A stretch of 63,991 nt of DNA, the filler included, from an uncultured bacterium (GTDB taxonomy: Bacteria > CAYJRR01): NCBI GenBank assembly GCA_964372275.1. It is 3 parts of 3 records of this genome, joined end to end, with 100 filler letters (N's around TTAATTAATTAA, not from the genome) between each part and the next. Parts side by side here need not be neighbours in the genome. Positions count along the whole stretch, not along the records: positions 29,360 to 58,304 come from CAYJRR010000058.1; 2 more parts are not named here. One strand, written 5' to 3'. The position numbers were made by a program, and so were the translations under genes. The notes under the pieces were generated by a model, which did not search any database, was not told the DNA's origin, and saw only the letters and a list, made by a program, of their open reading frames with translations. Positions 46,185-55,032 of the stretch are shown one piece after another (within the stretch, counting starts at the first letter, position 1; each line of letters starts with the position of its first letter).

Positions 46185-46352
46185 ATGCCGGTCTACGAGT
46201 TCATCTGCCGGAAATGCGGCACGCGATTCGAGGAGATCCAGTCGCTCGGCGAGCACGACCGGACCAAGCCCACCTGTCCGCAGTGCAAGACGGCGAAGTC
46301 GGTCGAACAGGAGCTATCGCCGTTCTACGCGCAGACGCCCCGCAAATCCTAG
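46185..46352 (+). CDS. FmdB-family zinc-ribbon protein
   Basis: MPVYEFICRKCG..FE...CPQC. Confidence 0.85.
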   Translation: MPVYEFICRKCGTRFEEIQSLGEHDRTKPTCPQCKTAKSVEQELSPFYAQTPRKS

Positions 46353-46368
46353 AGACCGGGGGCCGGCG

Positions 46369-47325
46369 ATGCCGCGATTCGACCTGGCCGGGCGGGTGGC
46401 GGTGGTGACGGGCGCGTCGTCAGGGGTGGGGCGCGCCGTGGTCCGGGCGCTGGGAAGCCGGGGCGCGAAGATCGGTCTCATCGCGCGCGGCGTGGACGGC
46501 CTCGAGGCGGCGGCGGGCGAGGTCTGCCGCTCGGGGGGCGAGGCGATGACGCTGCCGCTCGACGTCGCCGACGCCGGCGCGGTGGACGAGGCGGCGGAGC
46601 GGGTCGCCCGGAGGTGGGGCTCGCTCGACGTCTGGGTCAACGACGCGATGGTCACCGTCTTCTCGCCCGCGGAACGGATGACGGCCGCGGAGTTCCGGCG
46701 GGTGCTCGAGGTGAACTTCCTCGGATACGTCCACGGAACCCTGGCGGCGCTCCGCCGTATGCGCGTGCGGAACGAGGGCCGGATCGTGCAGGTCGGTTCG
46801 GCGCTCGCCTACCGGTCGATCCCGTTGCAGAGCGCCTACTGCGCGAGCAAGGCGGCGGTCCGGGCGTTCACCGATTCGGTTCGGTGCGAGCTTCTCCACG
46901 AGCGGAGCCGGGTGCGGATCTCGACGGTTCACCTGCCGGCGGTGAACACGCCGCAGTTCTCGGTCGCGCGCAGCCGGATGCCGGCGCACCCGCGGCCGAT
47001 CGCGCCGATCTACCAACCGGAGATCGCCGCCCGCGTCGTGCTCGACGTCCTCGCCCATCCCCGCCGCGAGCGGTGGGTCGGGGCTTCGACCGTGAAGGCG
47101 ATCGTCGGCCAGCGCCTCCTCCCCGGTCTGATCGACCGTTATCTCGGCCGCCGGGGGTACGACGCGCAGCAGGACGAGCGCCTTCGACACGCGCACGCCG
47201 ACAACCTCGATCGGCCGGTGCCGGGGGACCGCGGCGCCCGCGGCGAGTTCGACGAGGAGGCCCGTGCGCGCAGTCCCCTCCTTTGGCTGCGGACGCGCCT
47301 GCTTCACGCGTCGGGAAGCCGGTAG
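46369..47325 (+). CDS. SDR-family oxidoreductase
   Basis: TGASSGVGRA, VGSALAYRSIPLQSAYCASK, LPAVNTPQF, PIYQPE. Confidence 0.92.
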   Translation: MPRFDLAGRVAVVTGASSGVGRAVVRALGSRGAKIGLIARGVDGLEAAAGEVCRSGGEAMTLPLDVADAGAVDEAAERVARRWGSLDVWVNDAMVTVFSPAERMTAAEFRRVLEVNFLGYVHGTLAALRRMRVRNEGRIVQVGSALAYRSIPLQSAYCASKAAVRAFTDSVRCELLHERSRVRISTVHLPAVNTPQFSVARSRMPAHPRPIAPIYQPEIAARVVLDVLAHPRRERWVGASTVKAIVGQRLLPGLIDRYLGRRGYDAQQDERLRHAHADNLDRPVPGDRGARGEFDEEARARSPLLWLRTRLLHASGSR

Positions 47326-47786
47326 AAGCCGCCGAGGATGGCGCCGAACGCGACGTGCGCGAGCAGCACCGACACCGGCGTCCGCACGCCATAGTTCAGC
47401 GCGAGGAAACCGGGCGGTTCGAGCTGGCGCGCGACCGATGGACCGTGCTGCTCACTGGCGATGCGCGGATGGAGACCGGGCAGGAGCCGCATCCCGACCG
47501 TCAGCAGGAACGACGCGTGGACGAACCCCGCCGCCGCCCCTCGCCACCACGTCGCCGCCCCCCAGGCGTGGAACGCGGCGATGTAGAGGAGCGAGAAGAG
47601 CCAGCCGTTGAGGAGGTGCAGGCCGATCCCCAGGGCCTGCGCGCGCTCGCGCCGGGAGGTGACGATCGAACCGAGGATGTAGGGGAGATTCATGCGGGTG
47701 AACCCGAGCCCCTGGCTTCCCGCGAGCAGCGTGGTGAGCACCACCGTTCCGACGAACCCCCAGAGCAGCCAGCTCCCGGCGTTCAC
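47304..47786 (-). CDS. Small integral membrane protein often linked to GH15 genes
   Basis: Four hydrophobic segments, TRMNLPYILG, EPPGFLALNYG-RTP...H; GTG overlaps the GH15 stop. Confidence 0.75.
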   Translation of the reverse strand: MNAGSWLLWGFVGTVVLTTLLAGSQGLGFTRMNLPYILGSIVTSRRERAQALGIGLHLLNGWLFSLLYIAAFHAWGAATWWRGAAAGFVHASFLLTVGMRLLPGLHPRIASEQHGPSVARQLEPPGFLALNYGVRTPVSVLLAHVAFGAILGGFYRLPDA

Positions 47787-49594
47787 GTCGCGCCCCTCGA
47801 CCGGCGCTGCGAGACCGAAAGCGCGGCGTTGATGAGCCCGACGTGCGTGAACGCCTGCGGAAAGTTCCCGAGCGCGTCGCCGGTCCGTGGGTCGATCTCC
47901 TCTGCGAACAGGCCGACGTCGTTGGCGTATCCGGCGAGCCGCTCGAGCCGGGCCGCGGCCTCGTCGGCCTCGCCCCCGCCGCGCGCCAGGTAGTCGACCG
48001 CCCAGAAGCTGCAGATTCCGAACGCCCCTTCGCCGGCCAGGGCCGGATCGCGATGGCGAAAAAGCAGGTCGTCGCCGGCGCCGAGCCGCTCCCGGATCCG
48101 CCGGTAGGTCGACCGCATCCGATCCGAGGAAGGCGGCTCGAAGCCGTGCCACGCCAGCAACAGGAGGGCTGCGTCGACCTCGGATCCGTCGATCTGGGAG
48201 ACGTAGCTGTCGACCGAGTCGTTCCAGGCGCGGCTCCGGATCTCGCGATCGATCCGCCCGCGGACCTCGCGGTATGCGTCGACGGGGGCGGGCCGCAGGA
48301 GACCACGCTCGGCGAAGTCGATCAGGCGATCGAGCGCCGTCCAGCAAAGCAGCCGCGAATGGGTGTTTCGGGCCCGCCCGGTGCGCGATTCCCAGACCCC
48401 CTCGTCGGGGAGGTTCCAGTTCCCGCAGACGAAACGTCCGAGGTCGCGGAGCATGCGCTGCGACTCCCGGTCGAACGAGCCTCCGTCGCGCACCACGCGC
48501 GCGGCGGCGTCGATCACCTCGCCGTAGACGTCGAGCTGAAGCTGGTCGACGGCGGCGTTGCCGACGCGCACCGGCCGCGAGCCCCGGTAACCGACGAGAT
48601 GCTCGAGCGTGCGCTCCTCACGCGGACGATTGCCGTAGACGTCGTAGAGGACGGAGAGGGCGGGGCGGGTGAGACGCGTGCTGTGGAGGAGCCACGACAG
48701 GAACGCATCGGCCTCCTGGCGGAACCCGAGCTCCAGGAACGCGCGCATGGTGAAAGAGGCGTCGCGGAGCCAGCAGTAGCGATAGTCCCAGTTCAGGTCG
48801 CCGCCGACGCGCTCGGGCAGGGAAGTGGTCGGTGCGGCGATCACCGCCCCGGACGGGGCGTAGACGAGGAGCCGCAGGGCCAGCGCACTGCGCTCCACCG
48901 CGTCGCGGCACGGGCCGTCGTAGCGCAGTCCGGCGATCCAGCCGCGCCACCAGCGGATCGAGCGCGCGACGGCGTCGCGCATCGGCGCCCCGAGCGGCGG
49001 AAGGATCGCCGGCCATTCGTCGTCGAACGTCAGCGAGAGGTGGCGCACGTTGCCGGGACGGAGCCGGACCGTCGTCCGAAGCTCGTCGGCCATGGGCGCG
49101 CCGAGCGCCAGGTCGGTCCGCAGGACGAGAAGCCCGGACGGGGTCTCGGCGCGGATCCCGAGCGGACCGGCGGCGCGCAGGCGGGCCGGTCGGCGGGCGA
49201 AGTCCGGTCGCGGCTGGAAAATGATCTCGACCGCTACCTCGCCGTGGAGAGCCTCGAGCTGGCGAACGATCTGGTGATCGGGCAGCGTGGCCGCCGATTT
49301 CTCCTCTTCCGAGGCCACCGTCATCAAGTCGGTCAGCACCAGCGTCGCCGAGGGCGTTCGGAACGTCGTTTCGAGCACGTTCGTCCCCGCAAGGTACCGG
49401 CGCGAGCTCTCGAAGGGGCCGGCCGGGGCGACGCGGAACCGTCCCGCCCGTTCGTCGAGGAGCGCGCCGAAGATCGAGGGGCTGTCGAATCGTGGCCAAC
49501 AAAGCCAATCGATCGAGCCGTCACGCGCGACGAGCGCGGCCGAGCGGCAATCGCCGATGATGGCGTAGTCCTGGATCCGGTGGCCGTTCGCCAT
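47783..49594 (-). CDS. Glycoside hydrolase family 15 (glucoamylase/trehalase-like)
   Basis: IQDYAIIGDCRSAALV, AAPTTSLPE, NWDYRYCWLRDA, QLDVYGE, GNFPQAFTH. Confidence 0.95.
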   Translation of the reverse strand: MANGHRIQDYAIIGDCRSAALVARDGSIDWLCWPRFDSPSIFGALLDERAGRFRVAPAGPFESSRRYLAGTNVLETTFRTPSATLVLTDLMTVASEEEKSAATLPDHQIVRQLEALHGEVAVEIIFQPRPDFARRPARLRAAGPLGIRAETPSGLLVLRTDLALGAPMADELRTTVRLRPGNVRHLSLTFDDEWPAILPPLGAPMRDAVARSIRWWRGWIAGLRYDGPCRDAVERSALALRLLVYAPSGAVIAAPTTSLPERVGGDLNWDYRYCWLRDASFTMRAFLELGFRQEADAFLSWLLHSTRLTRPALSVLYDVYGNRPREERTLEHLVGYRGSRPVRVGNAAVDQLQLDVYGEVIDAAARVVRDGGSFDRESQRMLRDLGRFVCGNWNLPDEGVWESRTGRARNTHSRLLCWTALDRLIDFAERGLLRPAPVDAYREVRGRIDREIRSRAWNDSVDSYVSQIDGSEVDAALLLLAWHGFEPPSSDRMRSTYRRIRERLGAGDDLLFRHRDPALAGEGAFGICSFWAVDYLARGGGEADEAAARLERLAGYANDVGLFAEEIDPRTGDALGNFPQAFTHVGLINAALSVSQRRSRGAT

Positions 49595-49715
49595 GCGCGC
49601 TCCGCGCGGGAAACGTGGACACGGTCGCGACCCGTGGCACGGCGGTCCCTCCGGAGCGGGATCCCGCCGGGGCACGCGTGCCATGCGGTCGAGCGCCGGG
49701 CAATGCCTCGGAAGA

Positions 49716-52130
49716 ATGCCCGTTTCCGGCGCCCCCCGGGTGCTCGTATCGGCGGACGACTCCGCGCGGATGCGTTCACTCTGCGGAATGATCGCTCCCT
49801 CGTTCCGGCCGGTGCCCGCGGTCGACGTGAGCGAGGCGGAGCGATTCGCCGCGGAGCTCGACCCCGGGGTCGTGGTGGTCGACGCCTGCTCGGGCGGGAG
49901 GCGCGCCGACGAGATCGTGCGTAGGCTCCGATCCCGCCGTGAGCTCGAAACGATCCCGATCCTCGTCCTCGTGGAGGCCGGAGACGACGAAGCTCGGGGA
50001 CGGCTGCTGCGCGAGGGTGCCTGGGACTATCTGACGTCGCCTCATTCCGCCGACGACCTTCTCTTCCGGATCGGACGGCTCCTTGCCGAAGCGGCGGCCA
50101 AGGGGGCCGAAGCGCGGCTGTCGACGCTCGTCGAACAGGCGCCGGAAGGGGTCTTCGTCTCGGATCTTCGGGGCCGGTTCACCGACGTCAACCGCACCGG
50201 ACTTGCGATGTTGGGACTATCGCGCGACGAGATCGTCGGCCGGTCGATCGAGGAGTTCATCCCGCCGGGACAGGTCGACCGACTGTGGCGGGAGCGGGAG
50301 GCGCTGCTCCGTGGCGACGTCGTCGTCTCCGAATGGGCCGCCCGTCGAAAGGACGGCTCCTGGATCCCGGTGGAAGTCAGCGCCAAGATCCTCCCCGACG
50401 GTCGGTGGCAGGCATGTCTCCGGGACATCACCCACCGGAAGCGGATGGAGACGGAGCTCCGTCTCTCGCAGGAGCGATTCCAGCTCGCGCTGAGGGGGGC
50501 CAACCTGGCGGCCTGGGACTGGAACGTGCAAACCGGCGAGGTCGTCTACAGCGCGCGTTGGGCCGAGATGCGCGGATTCCGTCTGGAGGAGGTTCGGCCG
50601 CACGTCGACACCTGGAAGGCGGGGGTCCATCCGGACGATTGGCCGCGGGTGGATGGGATCCTCCAGCGATGCCTCCGCGGAGACGATCCGGAGTTCGAAA
50701 GCGTGCACCGCGTCATCACCCGGACCGGAGGGGAGCTCGTCCTTCTCGACCGGGGCAAGGTCTTCGTCCGGGACGAATCCGGTAGGCCGGTACGCATGGT
50801 CGGGGTCGAGCTCGACATCACCGAACGGAAGCGCGCGGAGGACGAACAGCGGATCCTGGCGGAGGCGGGATCGACGCTCGCGGCGTCGCTCGACGTCAGG
50901 GAGATACTGGCGGGCATCGCTCGATTGGTCGTTCGCGAGTTCGCCGATTTTTTCCTCGTCGATCTGACCGAGCCGGGGGGCGAGGTCCGACTCCGGACGG
51001 TCGAAAGTCGGGACCCGTCGAAGAGGTGGATTTGCGATCTTCTCCTCGGATCGCGGATCGACCGGACCCGTTCACGCCCGGAACGGTCGGTCCTCCGGAC
51101 GCGGCAGCCGACGTTGATTGCGTTCCCCACCGAGGAGGAGATCGCCGCGCTGGCGCAGAACCAGGAGCATCTGAGGGCGCTCCGTGCGGCCGAGATCCGG
51201 TCGATCATCGCCGTGCCGATGACGGCGCGCGGGGAGCTCCTGGGGGTGCTGACCTTCCTCTCGTTCTCTCCGACCCGTGCCTACGACCGGACCGACCTGC
51301 GCCTGGCGGAAGAGATCGCCCGCCGGACCGCGATCGCGGTCCAGAACGCGCGCCTCTATCGTTCCGCACAGCGCGCCCTTCGCGCGCGCGACGACGTCTT
51401 GGCGATCGTTGCCCACGACCTTCGCAATCCGCTCGGGACGATCCTGGCGACGTCTACGTTGCTCGCGCGCCGAGGCGTCGAGACCGGCGCGATCGAACGT
51501 TCGGCGCTTCGAATGAACCGGTTGATACAGGACCTCCTCGACGTGACGCGCATCGAGTCGGGTGGGCTCGCGCTGCGTCGGGAACGGGAGTCCGCGGAGC
51601 GGATCGTCGCCGATGCCGTCGAGGCGCAGCGGACGCTCACCGAATCCTCCTCGCTGGAGGTCGAGGTGGCGTTGGGTCGAGACCTGCCCGCGCTCTGGGC
51701 GGATCGGGATCGGCTCCTCCAGGTATTCGAGAATCTCCTCGGAAACGCCGTGAAGTTCACCGGCCCGGGTGGGCGGATCACCGTCGGCGCCAAGGCCGGA
51801 GACGGGGAGGTGGAGTTCCGGGTCGCGGATACGGGGTGCGGCATCGCGCCCACGGACGTTCCTCGACTGTTCGACCGATTCTGGCAGGCGGAACGCCCCG
51901 AGCGACGCGGCGCCGGGCTCGGTCTCCCGATCGTCAAGGGGATCGTCGAGCGCCACGGCGGCCGGGTCTGGGTCGAATCCGCTCCCGGTCGAGGAAGCAC
52001 GTTCTTCTTCACCATCCCCACGGCGCCAGGCGGCGAGCGCCGTGCGCCGGAGCCGCTTCCGGCCGAGCGAAAGGAGGGGATTCCCGAAGCGGACGCCAAG
52101 CCGCTTGACGAGACGGCGCGGACGCTGTAA
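49716..52130 (+). CDS. Sensor histidine kinase (degenerate REC-PAS-PAS-GAF-HisKA-HATPase); start uncertain
   Basis: EQAPEGVF PAS, WDWN...VHPDD PAS, GAF, AHDLRNPL, NLLGNAVKFT, GAGLGL. Confidence 0.9.
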   Translation: MPVSGAPRVLVSADDSARMRSLCGMIAPSFRPVPAVDVSEAERFAAELDPGVVVVDACSGGRRADEIVRRLRSRRELETIPILVLVEAGDDEARGRLLREGAWDYLTSPHSADDLLFRIGRLLAEAAAKGAEARLSTLVEQAPEGVFVSDLRGRFTDVNRTGLAMLGLSRDEIVGRSIEEFIPPGQVDRLWREREALLRGDVVVSEWAARRKDGSWIPVEVSAKILPDGRWQACLRDITHRKRMETELRLSQERFQLALRGANLAAWDWNVQTGEVVYSARWAEMRGFRLEEVRPHVDTWKAGVHPDDWPRVDGILQRCLRGDDPEFESVHRVITRTGGELVLLDRGKVFVRDESGRPVRMVGVELDITERKRAEDEQRILAEAGSTLAASLDVREILAGIARLVVREFADFFLVDLTEPGGEVRLRTVESRDPSKRWICDLLLGSRIDRTRSRPERSVLRTRQPTLIAFPTEEEIAALAQNQEHLRALRAAEIRSIIAVPMTARGELLGVLTFLSFSPTRAYDRTDLRLAEEIARRTAIAVQNARLYRSAQRALRARDDVLAIVAHDLRNPLGTILATSTLLARRGVETGAIERSALRMNRLIQDLLDVTRIESGGLALRRERESAERIVADAVEAQRTLTESSSLEVEVALGRDLPALWADRDRLLQVFENLLGNAVKFTGPGGRITVGAKAGDGEVEFRVADTGCGIAPTDVPRLFDRFWQAERPERRGAGLGLPIVKGIVERHGGRVWVESAPGRGSTFFFTIPTAPGGERRAPEPLPAERKEGIPEADAKPLDETARTL

Positions 52131-52147
52131 TAAACCAAACGGTTAAA
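52105..52147 (+). promoter_or_regulatory. Sigma70 promoter with ArsR-type operator
   Basis: TTGACG-17nt-TAATAA followed by the AACC-N4-GGTT palindrome (taaaccaaacggttaaa). Confidence 0.7.
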
Positions 52148-52152
52148 TACAG

Positions 52153-52440
52153 ATGGACTTCCCCTCGGAACGGCTCGACCAGACCTTCGCCGCGCTCGCC
52201 GACTCGACCCGGCGCGCGATCCTCGCCCGCCTGGCGGGCGGCGAGCGCACGGTGACGGAGTTGGCCGAGCCGTTCGACATCAGTCTTCCCGCCGTCTCGA
52301 AGCATCTGCGGGTATTGGAGCGGGCGGGCCTGATCCGGCGCGGGCGGAATGCGCAGTGGCGGCCGTGCCGACTGCGCCCGGTGCCGCTGAAAGAGGCGAT
52401 CGGCTGGCTGGAGCGGTACCGCCGGCTTTCCACTACATGA
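52153..52440 (+). CDS. ArsR/SmtB-family regulator, C-terminus apparently truncated
   Basis: LDQTFAALADSTRRAIL, ELAEPFDISLPAVSKHLRVLERAGLI, AQWRPCRL. Confidence 0.88.
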   Translation: MDFPSERLDQTFAALADSTRRAILARLAGGERTVTELAEPFDISLPAVSKHLRVLERAGLIRRGRNAQWRPCRLRPVPLKEAIGWLERYRRLSTT

Positions 52441-52672
52441 TGAGCTCGCCGGGGATGACGATGTGGGGCCGGTACTCCTACCGGGAGATCGTCGAGCCGT
52501 CACGACTCGTCTTCGTCACCAGCTTCTCCGACGAACGCGGAGGAATCGAGCGGGCGCCGTTCTTCTACGGCGTTCGACGAGTCGGACCGCCGCACCACCG
52601 TGACGATACGCGCCGTTCCCTACGGCGCGACGTTCGACCAGCGGGAGGCCTACCTGGCGGGCGCCGCCCGAG
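52427..52672 (+). pseudogene. SRPBCC/AHSA1-domain gene remnant
   Basis: FHYMM...MWGRYSYREIVEPSRLVFVTSFSDE, then a frame change to ..FDE..RTTVTI...TFDQ.EAYLA; N-terminus missing. Confidence 0.75.
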
Positions 52673-52681
52673 GGACCTCGA

Positions 52682-53956
52682 TTACGACATCGACCCCGTG
52701 TCGTCGGCACGGGATGCGCAGGCCCTTGCCCGGCCGAGGAGGAGATCCCGTTCTCGTCGGTTCTGTGCCAGCGAGGCGGCGCGCTCGAATTCGGTCCGAG
52801 CTTCGTCGATGCGCCCGAGCCTCACGAGGAGGTCGCCGCGAACGCTCGGCAGGAGATGGTATGCGCGCAGCGCCGGCTCGTCGGCCAGGGCGTCGACGAG
52901 CTCGAGACCCTGCGCCGGCCCGAACGCCATCGAGACGGCGACGGCGCGATTGAGCTCGACCACCGGCGATCGTGTCACCTCGGCGAGCGCATCGTAGAGG
53001 GCGACGATCCGCTTCCAGTCCGTCTCGGCGCCCGTTCGGGCCCTGGCGTGGCACGCGGCAATCGCGGCCTGGATCGCGTACGGACCGAGCGGATTCGCGA
53101 GCGATTCGGCGCGCGCGAATGCCGCCAGGCCTCGGCGGACGAGGAGCCGGTCCCAGCGGGAGCGATCCTGATCGAGGAGGAGGATCGGCTCTCCGGAGGG
53201 TCCGACGCGCGCGCGCAACCGCGAGGCCTGGAGCTCCATCAACGCGAGAAGACCGTGGACTTCGGCGTCGCCGGGCACGAGGGTCGCGAGGACCCGGCCG
53301 AGGCGCATCGCGTCGTCGCAGAGCTCGGCGCGTGTCCAGTCGTCGCCACGAGTCGCCGCGTAACCCTCGTTGAAGATCAGGTAGAGGACCTCGAGGACCG
53401 ACGGGAGGCGAGCCGACAGGGCCTCGCCGCGCGGGATTTCGAAGGGCACCTTCGCCTCCGCGAGCGTCCGCTTCGCGCGCACGATGCGCTGGGAGATGGT
53501 GGGTTCCGGGACGAGGAAGGCCCGCGCGATCTCCTCGGTGGTCAGCCCTCCGAGGAGGCGCAGCGTCAGCGCCGCGCGGGATTCGGTCGAGAGGACCGGA
53601 TGGCAAGAGACGAGCATGAGGCGGAGGAGGTCGTCGCCGACGTCCTCGTCGACGACGCTCTCCAGATCGGGCGCGGCCGGAGGCCCGCCCGCGGTCGACG
53701 CCGCCTCGATCGCGGCGTGCTTACCGTCGAGCATCCGGCGGCGGCGACCGTGGTCGATGGCCCGGTTCTTCGCCGTGGCCATGAGCCAGGCGCCCGGGTT
53801 CTCGGGGATCCCCGTCTCGGGCCACCGCTCGAGCGCGGCGACCAGGGCCTCCTGCGCCAGGTCCTCGGCGAGGCCGACGTCCCGCACGAAACGCACGAGA
53901 CCGCCGAGGAGCCGCGCAGATTCGACCCTCCAGACCGCCTCGATCGCCGCTCTCAC
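52682..53956 (-). CDS. ECF42-type RNA polymerase sigma factor with C-terminal TPR extension
   Basis: AEDLAQEA...WP..G.P.NPGAWLM, DDLLRLMLVSCHPVL, LTLRLLGGL, YLIFNEGY, YAIQAAIAACH, LNRAVA. Confidence 0.93.
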   Translation of the reverse strand: MRAAIEAVWRVESARLLGGLVRFVRDVGLAEDLAQEALVAALERWPETGIPENPGAWLMATAKNRAIDHGRRRRMLDGKHAAIEAASTAGGPPAAPDLESVVDEDVGDDLLRLMLVSCHPVLSTESRAALTLRLLGGLTTEEIARAFLVPEPTISQRIVRAKRTLAEAKVPFEIPRGEALSARLPSVLEVLYLIFNEGYAATRGDDWTRAELCDDAMRLGRVLATLVPGDAEVHGLLALMELQASRLRARVGPSGEPILLLDQDRSRWDRLLVRRGLAAFARAESLANPLGPYAIQAAIAACHARARTGAETDWKRIVALYDALAEVTRSPVVELNRAVAVSMAFGPAQGLELVDALADEPALRAYHLLPSVRGDLLVRLGRIDEARTEFERAASLAQNRRERDLLLGRARACASRADDTGSMS

Positions 53957-54435
53957 CCGCGATACGCCTTCTCGAGCATCGCGATGTCGAACTTGACCAT
54001 CGTCATCATCGCGTCGGTGACGCGCTTCGAGCGGGCAGGATCCTTGTCGGCCATCATCGCCTCGAATACGGCGGGAACGATCTGCCACCGCAGCCCGAAC
54101 CGATCGACGAGCCACCCGCACGCAAGCGGCTTTCCACCGTCCTCGATCAGCGCGGTCCAGTAGCGGTCGAGCTCCGCCTGGTCGTCGCACAGGACCGTGA
54201 TCGAGATGGCGTCGTTGAATTCGTGATGCGGACCCGCGCTCATCGCGCGAAACGGCTGCCCGAAGAGCGTGAAGGCCACCACCTCCACCGAACCGGCTGG
54301 GCCGCTCGGCGATTCGCTGTGAAGGGTCGTGACCCGGTCGACCCGGGAGTCCGGGAAGATCGAGGCGTAGAGCCGCGCGGCCTCCCCCGCCTCCTTCGCG
54401 TACCAGAGAAACGGGACGATCTTGGTGCGCGCCAT
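53953..54435 (-). CDS. VOC/PhnB-like protein (3-demethylubiquinone-9 3-methyltransferase family)
   Basis: KIVPFLWY...EAARLYASIF, FNDAIS, CGWLVDRFGLRWQIVP. Confidence 0.9.
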   Translation of the reverse strand: MARTKIVPFLWYAKEAGEAARLYASIFPDSRVDRVTTLHSESPSGPAGSVEVVAFTLFGQPFRAMSAGPHHEFNDAISITVLCDDQAELDRYWTALIEDGGKPLACGWLVDRFGLRWQIVPAVFEAMMADKDPARSKRVTDAMMTMVKFDIAMLEKAYRG

Positions 54436-54450
54436 CGTCTATTTCTCCAA

Positions 54451-54885
54451 TCACGTCTTCCGCTGTTGATCGATCTGGGCGCGGAGACGATCCTCTTGCG
54501 CCCGCAGTTCGGGGGTGAACTCCTTGCCGAAGTCGTCGGCCTCGAATACCGGCCGGATCTCGAGCGTACCCTCCTCGCCCGGCATCGGATCCGGGCAGCG
54601 CCTCGCCCACTCGAGCGCTTCGTCCATCGACTTGACCTGCCAGAGCCAGAAGCCGGCGATCAGCTCCTTGGTCTCGGTGAACGGCCCGTCCACGACCTTC
54701 TTCTTGCCATGCGCGAAGACGACGCGCTTGCCCTTCGCGCTCGGATGAAGCCCCTCTCCCGCGAGCATCACCCCCGCTTTCACCAGCTCCTCGTTGTACG
54801 TCCCCATCTCGGCGAGCAGCTTCTCGCTCGGCATCACGCCCGCCTCGGAGTTCTTCGTCGCCTTCACGATCACCATGACTCGCAT
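54451..54885 (-). CDS. YciI/DGPF-domain protein
   Basis: MRVMVIVKAT, GEGLHPS, DGPFTETKELIAGFWLW, EIRP. Confidence 0.93.
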   Translation of the reverse strand: MRVMVIVKATKNSEAGVMPSEKLLAEMGTYNEELVKAGVMLAGEGLHPSAKGKRVVFAHGKKKVVDGPFTETKELIAGFWLWQVKSMDEALEWARRCPDPMPGEEGTLEIRPVFEADDFGKEFTPELRAQEDRLRAQIDQQRKT

Positions 54886-54944
54886 CGTCGTTGCTCCTTT
54901 CGGTTGGGGGCCGGTTCCCGGCCGTGCCGTGTTCCCAATAGCCC

Positions 54945-54993
54945 GACGAACGAGACCTGGCCAGATCGACGTCGAGCCGGGCGATTTTTTTTT
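54945..54993 (-). promoter_or_regulatory. Probable ECF42-dependent promoter
   Basis: Minus strand A9 tract, then CGTCGA-17nt-CGTC, close to the ECF42 consensus (TGTCGA / CG[A/T]C). Confidence 0.65.
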
Positions 54994-55032
54994 CGATGGC
55001 CGGCCGACGAAAATCCTCGACCATCCGGGCAG

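Noticed and set aside
49636..49652. TGGCACGGCGG as a sigma54 promoter
   Set aside because: The -12 TTGC element is missing (TCCC instead).
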